Assembly: GCA_965637545.1 (NCBI GenBank)
Contig: OZ281494.1
Location: 17,360,001 to 17,424,000, forward strand
Source: Phallusia mammillata
Taxonomy: Eukaryota
Direction of reading: 5' to 3'
Length of the DNA stretch: 64,000 nucleotides
Part shown: piece after piece, positions 52,601-64,000 of the stretch
Layout: every line of letters starts with the position of its first letter
Position numbering within the stretch: the first letter of the stretch is position 1
The notes under the pieces: model-generated
The model's input: the letters and a program-made list of their open reading frames with translations, nothing else
What the model was told of the DNA's origin: nothing
Database searches by the model: none
Program-made: the position numbers and the translations under genes

Positions 52601-55600
52601 ATTTTGGGGGGTAGTGGGGTAAATGTCGGGGCAACAGGGTTAAATACAACGTTCTACACCTATAAATGGCACACTCTACAAGCTATGTAAATTTCATTCA
52701 ACTCTGACATTGTTTACAAAATGGACCCATTTTGGGGGGCTAGTGGGGTTAATGTTGGGACGACAGGGTTAAACATAACAAACAACAACCATAAATAGCA
52801 CACTCTATAAGCTGTCCAAATTTTATTAAATTCGGACAATGTTTTAAAAATCACCCTTTTTAGGGGGCTAAAGGGGTAAATATTGGGGTTACAGGGTTAA
52901 ACACAACAATTGACACCTATAAATGACAAATTCTGCAAGCTTTTTAAATTTCACTAAATTCCGACACCGTTTAAAAAACTCACCCATTTTAGGGGGTCAG
53001 TGGGGTAACTGATGGGGTTTAACACTCAAAAGTATAAAATATGAAACCACAATGACCCATCTAACAGTCATGTAAAATGTTATCCAAATCCAACAATGTT
53101 TAAAATTCTGACCACTGGAGGTGTTATTAGCAACGTTCCTCAACACTTCTGACGTCATCAGGCTGTTAGTGCCCCTCTGACTGGGCATGTGTGAAAACGT
53201 CCACCAAGTTATGCACAAACACAAGTACCACGTGTACTGGTGCCTTTATTATACCATTACACCACACAAATCTTTCGTTTGTGGTGCGCAGCAACATACA
53301 AAAACGTTTTACATTTTGGGGTCTAGCGGGGTAAATACTGGGGTTATCAAGTCAAATGAAACAGAGGACACATCTACATGACCATATCTACCATCTGTGA
53401 AAGTTTCATCCAAATCCATCAACGATTTGATGCCAAAAGTGCATGGACAAACTTCGGCGGAAAAAAGAAAAAAAAAAGAAAAAAAAAAACTGAGTGAAAT
53501 CAATATGCGTCCCCTTCAGGGAAGGGGACCCATAATTACCAACAAATATGGCGATACGAAAGTATTACGAAAAAAGTTTTTAAGGCGTTTCATTAAAGAC
53601 ATAAACCCAATTTTTGGAACACAAACTTGTCAAATTGTTCAACATTTAGTTTGCACTGTTAGTGAAATGGTTGCGCCTGTATACTGTCCACAAATTTTTA
53701 AAGCTGCGGCTTGACTTTGCACAAGCTTAACCGCATGTTATGCTCCACTCCCAATCGATTACGATGTTTCGTTTTTAATACACTCATTGCACTAAATCCT
53801 GCTTCACACAGCCACATGGTTAAAAACGGGATTCGAAAAATTTGGCATAGTTGGGTACCTTGCATAAATAACTATTCACTCGTTCTGGTGTCACCTTAAA
53901 TAAGACAACCTTATAGTGTTGAGTCATAATACACATTGTCCAAACCCATTGTTACGCGATAAAGGCATTTTCTGTTTTTTCACTACCACAATTTAATTGC
54001 AACAGGAGGTAGCAAGCTGTACTACAAAACAAGAGCAAAAGTTGCGATCTAAAAGAACATAATATTAGTTTCATTTGCTGTTATCAATTTTAAAATGCAA
54101 TAAATTAAATTCGACGACTTATTGCGACCCCACAAAAAGTTTAGGCGACCCCACTTGGGGTCGCGACCCATACATGTATAGTTTGCTACTTCATTGTAAA
54201 TTATAAAAACAAATCACACTGATGTGTAGGGCTTAGGGTTGGTTCGGATATCAATAATTTCCACTATCCGGATAACGGATATATACGGATATTTTGAATT
54301 TAGCTATCCGTTTAACCGGATAATAATAAGTCTATTCCAACATCATTCAATTGTGGCGCCGATTTCGTTTTAGTGTTCATAATTGTCCAGCATATATTAA
54401 ATTTACGCATTTACTGCTTAAGCAGTATGGGACGCCGTTTTGAAAACAAACAAAAAACTTGCAAGATAGCTAACTTGCGGCAACTTAGTTACTTGCGTTG
54501 CAAGTTAGCTATGTTTCGTTGCAAGTTACCCGGTGCATTGTGGGAAATTCATATCAAAATGTATGGAGATGTCCCACAATGCATTGTTACTAAACGAACA
54601 TTTTTTTTCGCATCTAAAAATTTATCCTTCCGAGCCAATCACCTTACAATAGATGTATTTACCGTTTCATTAGTGTGACGTAAATTTTCTTGTGAATTTG
54701 AACATTAGGGAATATGTAGGATAAACATAAAGTCGTTCGTTGCATCCACCACTGCACATTAACTGCGTGTTTTCTAAAATTATGTTAAAATGCATAAAAC
54801 GCTGACGCGGCACTATTCGTTTGTTATCCGGTTAACCGACACAAAAATATCCGGATATCGGATAACAAAAAATCCTTCGGTTAATCGGTTAACCGGTTAT
54901 CCGATATCCGGATAATTCAACCCTAGTAGGGCTTATTTGGTACACTCAGAACAGCATTAGTTATGTGTACATGAAAACACAACACAGAATTTTACTTGCA
55001 GAAACTGCGAAGCAAATAAAAAAGGAGTTTGTGCCCGCTGTGAAGAAAAAAGAAATAGCAGCACCCCAAACCCTCACTAATCCAACCTCGAAACCATCTG
55101 ATATGTCACAGCCAAGTGGTTCTGATATTCCAAGTGCTCCACCACCAGTCACAGAGGTTGTGAGATGGTTTAATAGGTTTAAACACTCAAACCTCATTTG
55201 TAAACTGATGCTTATTTCGATTTTAACAACCCTTTTTTAATCAAAAATTTTTGAACTATGCTTGTGTTTAATTTTGCTATGCTTTATTGTTTGCCAGTGG
55301 GTATCAAGTGACAAAGAAGATCCACAAATATGCCTTGCACAATATCAGCAACAACTTTTAAAACTTACACAACAAGAGCAGGTGCCAATATCACATCTGC
55401 CAAAAAAAATTTTTTTTTTGGTTAAGCAGCATAATTTGCTTTAGGTGTTTCTGAAACAATACAATGACTGGCATAAGCAGTTTGATGACTGGAAGAAAAA
55501 GCATAAGGACCATCCTAATAAGTCCCAGTTTGCTCAGTATGAAAAACAGGTACGGACTTTCAAAACAATAATAAATTGTTTATTTGTCTCTTGTACTTTG

Positions 55601-58600
55601 TAAAATATATGTTTTTCCCTTAAAAATATGTTGTTGCAAATTTCTTTCTTTGTTTTATCAGTGGGTTACTTGGCAAGATCAAATGGTAAAGCAGAAGACA
55701 CAAAACCAAGCCAATATAGAGAGGCTTCGTGGTAACATCCACAAGATTCAGCATCACCTTTCACAAAAATTATCTCAAAACTCTGCTCGATTTCAAACCC
55801 CAACATCTCAAACAAATATTCTTCGCCCCAACATCCCAGGAGGTAATCAACAGCAATTTTCACAGACACAACCTGATTTCAGGCATATCAATCCTGGTAT
55901 GGCTCAAGAGAATCAACAGAGACCGAGAACACCAACTTCCCAGTTTCAGCAGCAAAATTCAAACCAAATGCAGTTTAATACTCCAGGTGCAAATGAGTTT
56001 AGGCCCCAGCGCCCACATTTTGATCAACAGGGGCCCAGATTTAATCGTCCACCTTTTGAACATGGACAAATGCAACAAGATAACTTTGTGAATGATAGGC
56101 AAGCCAGACCAGGTCAGAATAATAGGCAACAACCAAGAATGGGATTTGCCGAACACGTTGAAGGGATAAACCCAAATGATACTAATGAATTTAACCAGCA
56201 AAATATTGATAGCTATGCACATGATGCAATGGGTCAAAACAACAATGGTCCTCGACCACGAATGCCACCAAATCAAAGATTTCGAGCTCCTGGTGCTCAA
56301 AATCAGCATGGTCCCAGATTCCCAGGTCAGCCAAGGCCTCGTTTTTTGCCTAACCAACAAAGACCGAGGTTTCCAGAAGGAGAGGAATATCGTAATGAAG
56401 ACCAGGAGTTTTTTGATTCAAACTTTGAAGCACATGAAAATAACAAAAGGGGAAATATGTCGGCTCGACATCGACGTCCACGACCACGCTTTTCGGGCCA
56501 GTCTAAAGGACGAATGCCATTTAGACCTAAAGGTCCTCGATATCAAGGACATCACCAGTCACCTTCTGACAATTATGAGGAACATTTCGACGAACATCCA
56601 GAGAATTATGATGAAACTCCAACACACAATCAAATGCCAGTTAGGGGTCCTAGACCAAGGTTTCCCGGCAGCAATGAAAAAAGATTTGGTAGACCAATGC
56701 GACCACAATTTCCTGATGAATCACCAATGAGACAAAGGTTTCCTCCACCCACCTCTCAACAGGGTTCTCGGTTTTCGGCTCCAGTTGGAAATGAACCAAA
56801 TTTTAAGGAAGATGACATTGAATTTGGTGATGGTAGTTTTGAGACCTCATCTGTGAAGAGGCCTGTGTTGGAAGATCCAGAGTCTAAAATTGATCCAGGG
56901 CAAGCTCAGTTCAAAGAGCGACCAAATCTTTTAAAACAGGGTTCAACATCTTCTGGTGGTGATGACCAGCAATCTCAAGCACATGATTTTAAAACACAAA
57001 CTTCTCCAGATGCAACATCTGAGACAGGAAGCAAAATCAGCCTACCACATATTTTGGCAAACAATCCACTTTTCAAAGGAGATAATTTAAAAAAGTTACA
57101 ACAAAATCTCGAAGCTATAAAGGGAAAAAGGGAAACTGTACAAGGTAAATAATTTGATGTTACTACAACATTAATGTGGTTGTGTGATGTATTTAAACTA
57201 ATGCTACAAAAAAGTTTAAACAATATAGAAATTACATCACAGTACGCCAGGCCCATTAAATGCGTCATACCGAATCAGCCGGTCACCAAGCATTCACCAC
57301 CATATGGCAAGGCGTAGGCTAGAAAAATCTAGCCTGCGGTGGGATTCGAACCCACGACAGGAGTCTTTCCGGGACTCGCGCTCTACCAACTGAGCTACGC
57401 AGGCTCAGTGGAGAATCCGCCGAAAGTCGAATCACAAGCACCGTTGCCTGCCTCGTATGCTGCACATGTCAGCTTTGTAGTAGGGGATCGCCAGATTGAC
57501 CAGTATCAGTTAAGATGAACATAAATTCATAACTGGGATCACTCATATGAGTGTGCCGTGATCGCTGGTCTGCATCGACGCTTCAGGGCTGATCCCAGTT
57601 ATGAATTTATGTTCATCTTAATAGAAATTACATGTCACTAAATTCTTTTTTGCCTTAAACTGGTAATGATTGGATTCCAAAAATTACCTAAATATTGTAA
57701 TGGAGGCCCATGATTCAAACAAATAAAAAAAATATAGCATGCAAATTTTTGTCTCAATTGGTTGTGTTTTTGCAACTTGTCGTTCTCACTATTTTGTTTG
57801 CCTTGTATAGATGGAACACAGGAGGCATCAGCTCGTGAGCCACAAGTAGACCGTGATGCAATACTTGATCGGGCAAAAAAGCTGAGCAATTTGGACTTGC
57901 AAAATATCTTGTCTGCTGTAAAAACTGTAAAGGAAAAGCAACCGTCACCTAGGTAAGGTTTGTGTTGTATGTTGCATACCATAGTAAAAAATTGTACTTC
58001 ACAGGCACAGTTTTGTGTGTTATCAAAGGTTTATGAATTTAAGCACTGTAAAAAATTTGTTGCAAAGTGAAACATCTGACATTGAAAGAAAAGATTTAAC
58101 TGACAAAGCAGACCAACCCGGAACTAGCAGCGGTGCAGATTCCAATACATTGGACAAGGAGGCAATTGAAGCAGCACTTCTTCAACGACTGGGCTTGGAC
58201 CCAAAACTTGCCAAAGCAGCTATTGATAATCCGACTGCTGATCCTTTGTTGGAAGCAACCAGTAGTCGTGACACATTACTGGAACTGGCAGGAATCAAGG
58301 ATGATCTGTTGATGCAAGAATATGTAAGTTATTGATTTGATTTAATGCAGTGGTTCCCAACCTTTTTTTGTTACATTCCTCCCTTTGCCTATTTTCGAAC
58401 TATTCATTCCTCCCCATAAGACGGAAAACAAATATAACATAAAAAATATAGCAATTTGAAATAGACCTTATAATTAGGGATGCCCAATTAAGAATCCTTT
58501 ACAACCGGTTCCAAATGTAAACCGGCCCAAATTATAATGGACATAATAATGTATACACAAAAATATTCTGTAATATTTCCAATGTAAAATTTTTTTGCAG

Positions 58601-61600
58601 TTTTTATGAAATTCCTCCCCTGAACTCACAAAATTCCTCCTTAGGGAGGAATTCCTCCCCGGTTGGGAACCACTGATTTAATGTAAACCATACATGCTTG
58701 TTAAATTTACCCCGAAAATTTTGTTATCCATACAAATGCACATGCATGTTAATGTTCACTAAAAAACAAGTTTTGTGAACTTATATGCAGATAAACATTT
58801 CCGATTGCAGTAAAAGTTTCTGCTTGACGTATTTAACTAAATCTTTTCCTAATACTTATCATTACATTACTTGCAGATGAAGCTGGATCCTCAGCTTGAA
58901 CGTGAGCTGTTGCTTAGGGCAATAAGGGACCGTGAATTGTTGGAGGAGGCTCAGCGATTGGATCCATCATATGTGAGTGTTTAGCTCAACATAAAATTAG
59001 GATTGAAAACACTAGCTAAATTTTACACCAATGGTATTCAGAATCAGACTCTTGAAATGCAGTGGGCTGAAGAACGAAGAGCGGAAGAGAGGCATCTGTT
59101 AGAGATGAGTGCTTTAGCTGCTCGTAGGTTTTTGTTTTGTCTGTGTTAACCTGTTGAATATGGGATTGTAATTTGTAAAAACTGTTAGGACCCTTTGACG
59201 TTTTTGGCCCACCTGGACCTTGGCATCCAATGGGACCACGAGGTCCACCATACATGGGCCCTGGACGTCCACCATTTGGACCAGATATGCGTATGATTGG
59301 ACCTGGTGGTCCACCAATTGGGCCAGGTGGTCGTCCACTGGGCCCTGGACCCCCAATGGGCCCTGGCGGCCCGTTTATGGGTCCAGGCCCCCCATTTGGT
59401 CCAGGTTGGTCACCAATGAGGCATCCCACGCGCCCATTTGGCCCACGAGGACCTTCACCACCACCTGAAGAAGAGAAGTTGTTTGACATTGATGGCAGAG
59501 AGTTGGGTAAGGATAGGGAGCGAGATGTGGAGGATAAACCAGCGGGTGATCGTCGCTCCGTGGATGACAAACACTCACGTGAAAACTCCGAAAATCGTGA
59601 TCGAAAGTCTCAGGATAGATCACCAAGCGAAAGGGGCAGAAGTCGTCAACGCGATTCGATAGAACGTGGTCGACAAGCCTTACATGATGACCTTGAAACA
59701 CTGAAACGTCATCAAGAAATTCTTGGTCGAGAGCGATATGAGAAAGAACACCAAGAGAGAAGTGAACAACGTGAAAGAAGTTTGGAGCGATTAAGGGCAA
59801 TTGAAGACGACCTGCGAAAACGTGAACAATTGTTGCTGGAAAGGGAGAGGGAGCTTCAAATGGCAAGACGTCGATATTCACCGGGCAGGCATGACTATCG
59901 TGAAAGGGATGAACGGCGGCCGCTTGAGGATGATAGGCTGATGGAAGGACGGCGAAGGTTGGCTTGTGTTACCTAATAAACTCGTGACCAAGTTTTCACA
60001 TTGTGCGTTTATCTTCTAGATCTCCGTTCGATGAGCGCAGAATGCCATCAGGCCTTGGATCTCCTCCCCGGTATGATCACCCTGACAAGAGATCAGACAG
60101 CCGCGGTCGTGAGTTTGATGATGCACGAAGACGACACCCTGATGCTCGTGGTCCTTTCCGTGGTCCCCCTGATGAGGAGTTTGAACACCATGATAGAAGA
60201 CCAAGATATGAACCACGCGGGCCAGCATTTAGAACTGTCTCACCACCACATCATAGAGAGGTTTATCGTCGTTCGGTCTCACCCCACAAGTAAGTTGTGT
60301 CCATTGGTTTTCTGAAATGTATGTAGTAACATATGGAGTGCAAATATGGTATTCGTTCTTTAGCAGGAGAAACTCACCACCAATGGATTGGAGGGTTGAA
60401 GATCGTGAATTTGACAATGAGCGAGTATCACCACCACGACGGATAAACCGATCACCTTTCCGGGAAAGGTCATCACCCAAACGGGAGAGGGTGTCTGGAA
60501 GGCTTTCACCCAGACGGCAAGAACGAAGATTTGAGCGAAGAACACCACCTCGATCTATTCATCGATCAAGAAGTCGTTCAAGGTTCGTTTTTCTAGGCTA
60601 CCTTTTGCTGCCTGGGAAAATTTGATCAAGTTCTTCTAAATCGGTTAACTATTATGCACTATAGATAGACCGATTGTGGGCGCCGATATTCGCCACGGCA
60701 TCGGTCTTTTTGTCATCGGACCCCAAAAAACGGCATGTTTGTAGATATGTCATTTTTGCTTGACACAACTGTGTCTTGCCTTAAGCATTCCCAGTCACTG
60801 ATTGGTATCAAGGAAAATTGACGTCAAAAGCTTCAAATCTCTGACCTGACTTTCGATAGTTTCGTTTTTACATGGCTAGGTACCTATAGCGAAGCACGAC
60901 CTCTGAACTACATTTTTTTTGTTACTTTGTACAAACAATCACCCAACTTTCGCATTTCAAACAAAGTTTTTGTTTGCTGTTAAAAGGGTACAGACATATA
61001 AATTTTACAAAACGCAAGGTGGCGAACGTGAAGTATGACGTCACAAAATGTTACGTCACTAATGCGTGCGTGTAACGAAAGCTCAAACTAGAAGCCCAAC
61101 AAACTTCCCATAGCATACCGGGGATAACTATTTATTACAACACATTCGCATTGCACACAATAATGACCATGTGTGTTTGGCGTCATAAACAAGGCACTAA
61201 CCCAAACAGGTTGCAGTTTTCTAATTTCTTCAGATTTTATGATGTTCTGTACGATACTGCTACAAACAAACCAAAATATCCATGGTGGCGCCACTGTGCT
61301 GTACAAACCCCAGGTGGCAAAGCCACCGCCTACTCGGCGCCTATGGATACAAATTAAGGCCTTTTATTGCAAACAAATAATATATCGGCTTTAAATATCA
61401 GTTATCGGCCTACTACCGATAATTGGTATTGGCCTTAAACAGTTCATATCCGTCCATCACTATTATGCTCCTTATGTGCTGTGATGCTTCATCAAATAAT
61501 CACTAATCAAACAAATATGTTAATGTTTATGCACAAATGTATTGTGAATATGTGCTAGGTCACCTCCAATGAGGGGTAACAGAGATAGATTTGGAAGGGA

Positions 61601-64000
61601 TGTCCCCATAAAGCGAGGCCCAGATCCATTTGGTCGTGATTTGAACCTCAGAGAAAGATCTCCTAAACAGGACCACAATCAACAATATGGAAGAAACCGA
61701 GATCGACCCTTTCCACCCCATGTCAGGGACCGACCTTTTCCACCAAGTCCAGCACAGTATATATGCAGTGTATTGTGTGTATTATTCACAATTCAAAATT
61801 TAAATGCTTTAATTTTTAATGTCAGATCATCAAGTGGCAGAGGCACCCCCTCAAACACTGGAACACCAATTGCTGAAATTGCTGCTAGCATTAAAAGGAA
61901 ACTTCTGGCTCCAGCTTTTGTAAATATAGCTGATCTGATTGATATGCCTGGCAGAATGAGAAGACCTGCAAAGGTAGTTTTTTGAAATTAGAAATGATTG
62001 TTACTGTGACAAAAAACTAAAGTACTTATTTGATTTTATTTCAGATTGTTGTAATTCTGAGAGGGTTGCCAGGTAGTGGGAAGACACACATTGCCAAAAT
62101 GATAAGAGTATGCTATATATTTTTTGTGTTGTGCGTCATCCTATGATCCTTACTTACCTAAATTACCTGCAGGAAAAGGAGACAACATTTGGTGTTAAAC
62201 CTCGTGTGTTAGGTCTGGATGATTACTTTATGGCTGAAGTAGAGAAACTAGAAAAAGACCCTGACACTGGCAAAAAAGTTAAGAAGAAGGTAAAATAAAT
62301 CACCAAAATATTTTTTTCAAAAGAGTTCACTTTTTTCACAGGGTACATTTGTTTTGTACGTGGCTTGTGTTGTTTTTATCATTGTACATTTTTGTCAGCT
62401 GCTATAAAAACTTTGAATTGTATGACCGCAGGTGTTTGAATATGAGTATGAACCGGAAATGGAAGCTTCGTATCGCTCAAATCTGTTTCGCTCATTTAAA
62501 AAGACACTTGATGATGGGTTTTTCTCTTTTATCATTGTTGATGCTGTGAATGAAAATGTTCTACACTTTTCTGAATTTTATGATGCTGCTAAGAACCAAG
62601 GATTTGAGGTGTGTTTAATTTGGATCTTAGTTTATCAACCCAAGTTATTAGTTGTTGACTTGGGCATGAAACATATTTTATAAAATGTAATCAAACACAT
62701 ATGTTTTTTATGAAAAGTAAATTACTGGAATTGTTGGTTTACTTTCTTTTATGTATCAACTCAGAAACCAAAACAGTTGTTAACTATTTTTGTTTTAATA
62801 TTTTGCATGTTAGCATACCCAAAATAGAAATTTAATTAGTAGCTGCAAAAAGAATGAAAGAAAACAGTTTGATTACCAAACAACAACCATTAATATCTTA
62901 TTTGTTAGGCGTACATCGCTGAAATAAAGTGTGACCCTCATGTGTGTGCACGGCGAAACATTCACAAACGAACGCTGGCTGAGATTCAGAAAATCAATAA
63001 GGCTTGGGAGGAAACTGCCATTCACATGAACAAACTGGATTTGAGACTAATGGTGCAAGACTCAGAAATCCAGGAGGTATTTCAATCTAGTTTGTTAAAT
63101 AATAAGTGTGTGTGTTTAGAATCCACTAAACAAAACAAAACAACTGTTGCAGATTGCAGTAATGTCTACCCAGGCCTATGTTTCACAATTACAACCTTGC
63201 ACTGTTAACAGATTTGACTGAGTTATGATATTAAACATGCAGTTTCTAAAGATACATACATTCCATCACAAGTTTTTATTCTAATTATTTTTTTACTAAT
63301 TTTAAAACTAATTATTTTTTTTATGTCAAACACAGCCTTGTTTTCATGCTTTGGTCAAGAAATTGATATAAACTTAAAATTTATTTAAGATGCTTTTTGT
63401 CTTGATGCGGCTTTTTGTTAATCCTTGTGTTATAAAAAATTAAATTAGGTTGAGATGGGTGATGCTTCTGAGGAAGAAACAGATAAACCTGATGATGAGG
63501 ACGAATTGAAAGAAGAATCGTCATCTCAAGATGTAGAGAAGGATGAGGCAGTAAGTATTCTGCTCAGGTATTTTGTATTTTATTGTACAACCAAGTGGTG
63601 TCAGAGCAACTTAAGGTAAGTAAAATCTGTTGGTTTGTAGCTAACTATTTTTTTGTTATTTGTCTTCACATGACATTCAGCAGATTCAGTGAAGCACTGA
63701 ACATTCATAGATCTCGACATAAACAATTGTGTTGTTTAGTACCGAGTATTTGGGTGTTTGCCCAGCCCTAATAATGTTTTAGAGGCACTTTAGTGCAACT
63801 TGCAGATAAATGTTCTTATGACTGATTTTGAAAAGTGACACAAAACTTTTAGATTGTTTGCAATGTGTAATGTTGTGTTGCAACTCACAATTTTCTTGCT
63901 TCTTGCACCAATTGCAACAAACTGTTTTACAAACCTAAATAATATTTGTACAATATTTAACAAATTGAAGTATGGTGGTTAAAGTATGTGAGCATATTGA
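49668..64000 (+). CDS. YLPM1: YLP motif-containing protein 1 (ZAP3), multi-exon, 3' end beyond the window
   Basis: Gln/Pro-rich N-terminus and R/D/E-rich middle. The C-terminal P-loop domain reads IVVILRGLPGSGKTHIAK...RVLGLDDYF...KDPDTGKKVKKK...EYEYEPEMEASYRSNLFRSFKKTLDDGFF...CARRNIHKRTL, matching YLPM1. Confidence 0.88.
50426..50844. mobile_element. hAT (Buster-type) MITE, GCGACCC family, in a YLPM1 intron
   Basis: TIR CAGTGGTCCCCAACC / GGTTGGGAAACACTG, imperfect TSD; internal similarity to 40224-40700. Confidence 0.8.
51440..52149. mobile_element. hAT-like MITE (CATAGGCGTAGAGT type)
   Basis: TIR CATAGGCGTAGAGT / ACTCTACGCCAGTG, perfect TSD GGTCCCAT. Confidence 0.85.
52477..53535 (+). repeat. 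About 128-bp tandem repeat (4 full units plus partials) with a 3' hairpin; Helentron/HINE-like
   Basis: Units start at ~52477, 52605, 52734, 52863 and 52992 (GGGGxTAGTGGGGTAAAT...CACACTCTACAAGC...). After an A-rich tract there is a perfect 9-bp stem, GTCCCCTTC-AGG-GAAGGGGAC (53509-53529). Confidence 0.7.
54234..54925. mobile_element. hAT (Ac-type) MITE
   Basis: TIR TAGGGTTG / CAACCCTA, perfect TSD GTAGGGCT, subterminal ATCCGGAT and GGTTAACC palindromes. Confidence 0.9.
57332..57404 (-). other. tRNA-like cloverleaf (SINE head or pseudo-tRNA) in a YLPM1 intron
   Basis: GCCTGCG TA GCTC AGTTGGTA GAGC G C GAGTC CCGGAAA GACTC CTGTC GTGGG TTCGAAT CCCAC CGCAGGC. All four stems pair and the A and B boxes are intact, followed by TAGATTTTT. 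It has an extra base after position 26, C33, and a GGA anticodon without a long variable arm. Confidence 0.75.
57510..57621. repeat. Perfect 32-bp inverted repeat bounded by TTAA, 48-bp GC-rich spacer
   Basis: TTAAGATGAACATAAATTCATAACTGGGATCA (57510-57541) and its exact reverse complement (57590-57621). Confidence 0.9.
58348..58675. mobile_element. hAT (Buster-type) MITE in a YLPM1 intron
   Basis: TIR CAGTGGTTCCCAACC / GGTTGGGAACCACTG, perfect TSD ATTTAATG; same family as 32057-32361. Confidence 0.92.
60660..61462. mobile_element. Older hAT (Ac-type) MITE in a YLPM1 intron
   Basis: Degenerate TIR TATAGATAGACCGAT / ATCCGTCCATCACTA, TSD TTATGCAC / TTATGCTC (7/8). Confidence 0.7.

Larger units (their letters stand above)
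51194..54169. mobile_element. GCGACCC-type hAT element split by nested insertions; right TIR lost
   Basis: Left TIR CAGTGGTCTTCAACC followed by GCGACCCC repeats. The matching right subterminal GCGACCCC...GGGGTCGCGACCCATA ends at ~54169 without a TIR. Confidence 0.55.

Noticed and set aside
57332-57404. Functional tRNA-Ser(GGA)
   Set aside because: It has C33, an extra nucleotide and no long variable arm, and eukaryotes normally decode UCC with the AGA (IGA) anticodon.
57450-57500. 7SK-like similarity (GCTGCACATGTCA...GATCGCCAG) on the plus strand
   Set aside because: The matches are short, with no GGA start, promoter or coherent 5' stem; the region is better explained as SINE-associated sequence.
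57405-57621. Hammerhead or HDV ribozyme (retrozyme) next to the tRNA-like head
   Set aside because: I could not find a CUGAnGA/GAAA core or a convincing nested double pseudoknot by eye.
55666-60548. Many overlapping antisense or alternate-frame ORFs of 60-184 aa
   Set aside because: They are shadows of the low-complexity Pro/Arg/Gln-rich YLPM1 exons.

Overview
AT-rich, intron-compact metazoan genomic DNA. It is probably an invertebrate chordate such as an ascidian, but that is inferred only from composition, short introns and protein similarity. Host genes read from the sequence: two tandem AIFM2/FSP1 paralogues (-), KNL1 (+), a small unidentified spliced gene (-), PATL1 (-), intronless PPP6C (+), an SRSF3-like SR protein (+) with a candidate poison exon, intronless POLR2G/RPB7 (-), and YLPM1 (+, runs off the right edge). 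DNA transposons are dense: an apparently intact autonomous hAT, a decayed Kolobok with a second convergent gene, a Buster-type remnant, and about 15 hAT MITEs, most with readable 8-bp TSDs. There is also a Helentron-like tandem-repeat element and a tRNA-like SINE head. The most striking object is at the left edge (1-4904). An intact IS3/rve-type DDE integrase is convergent with an intact 10-exon UIM+HECT E3 ligase gene, and both are bounded by a higher-order array of 22-bp palindromes ending in TGACA. This suggests a ubiquitin-ligase-carrying transposon, possibly inserted in the last intron of a catalytically degenerate FSP1 paralogue. All calls come from manual reading; no database searches were run.
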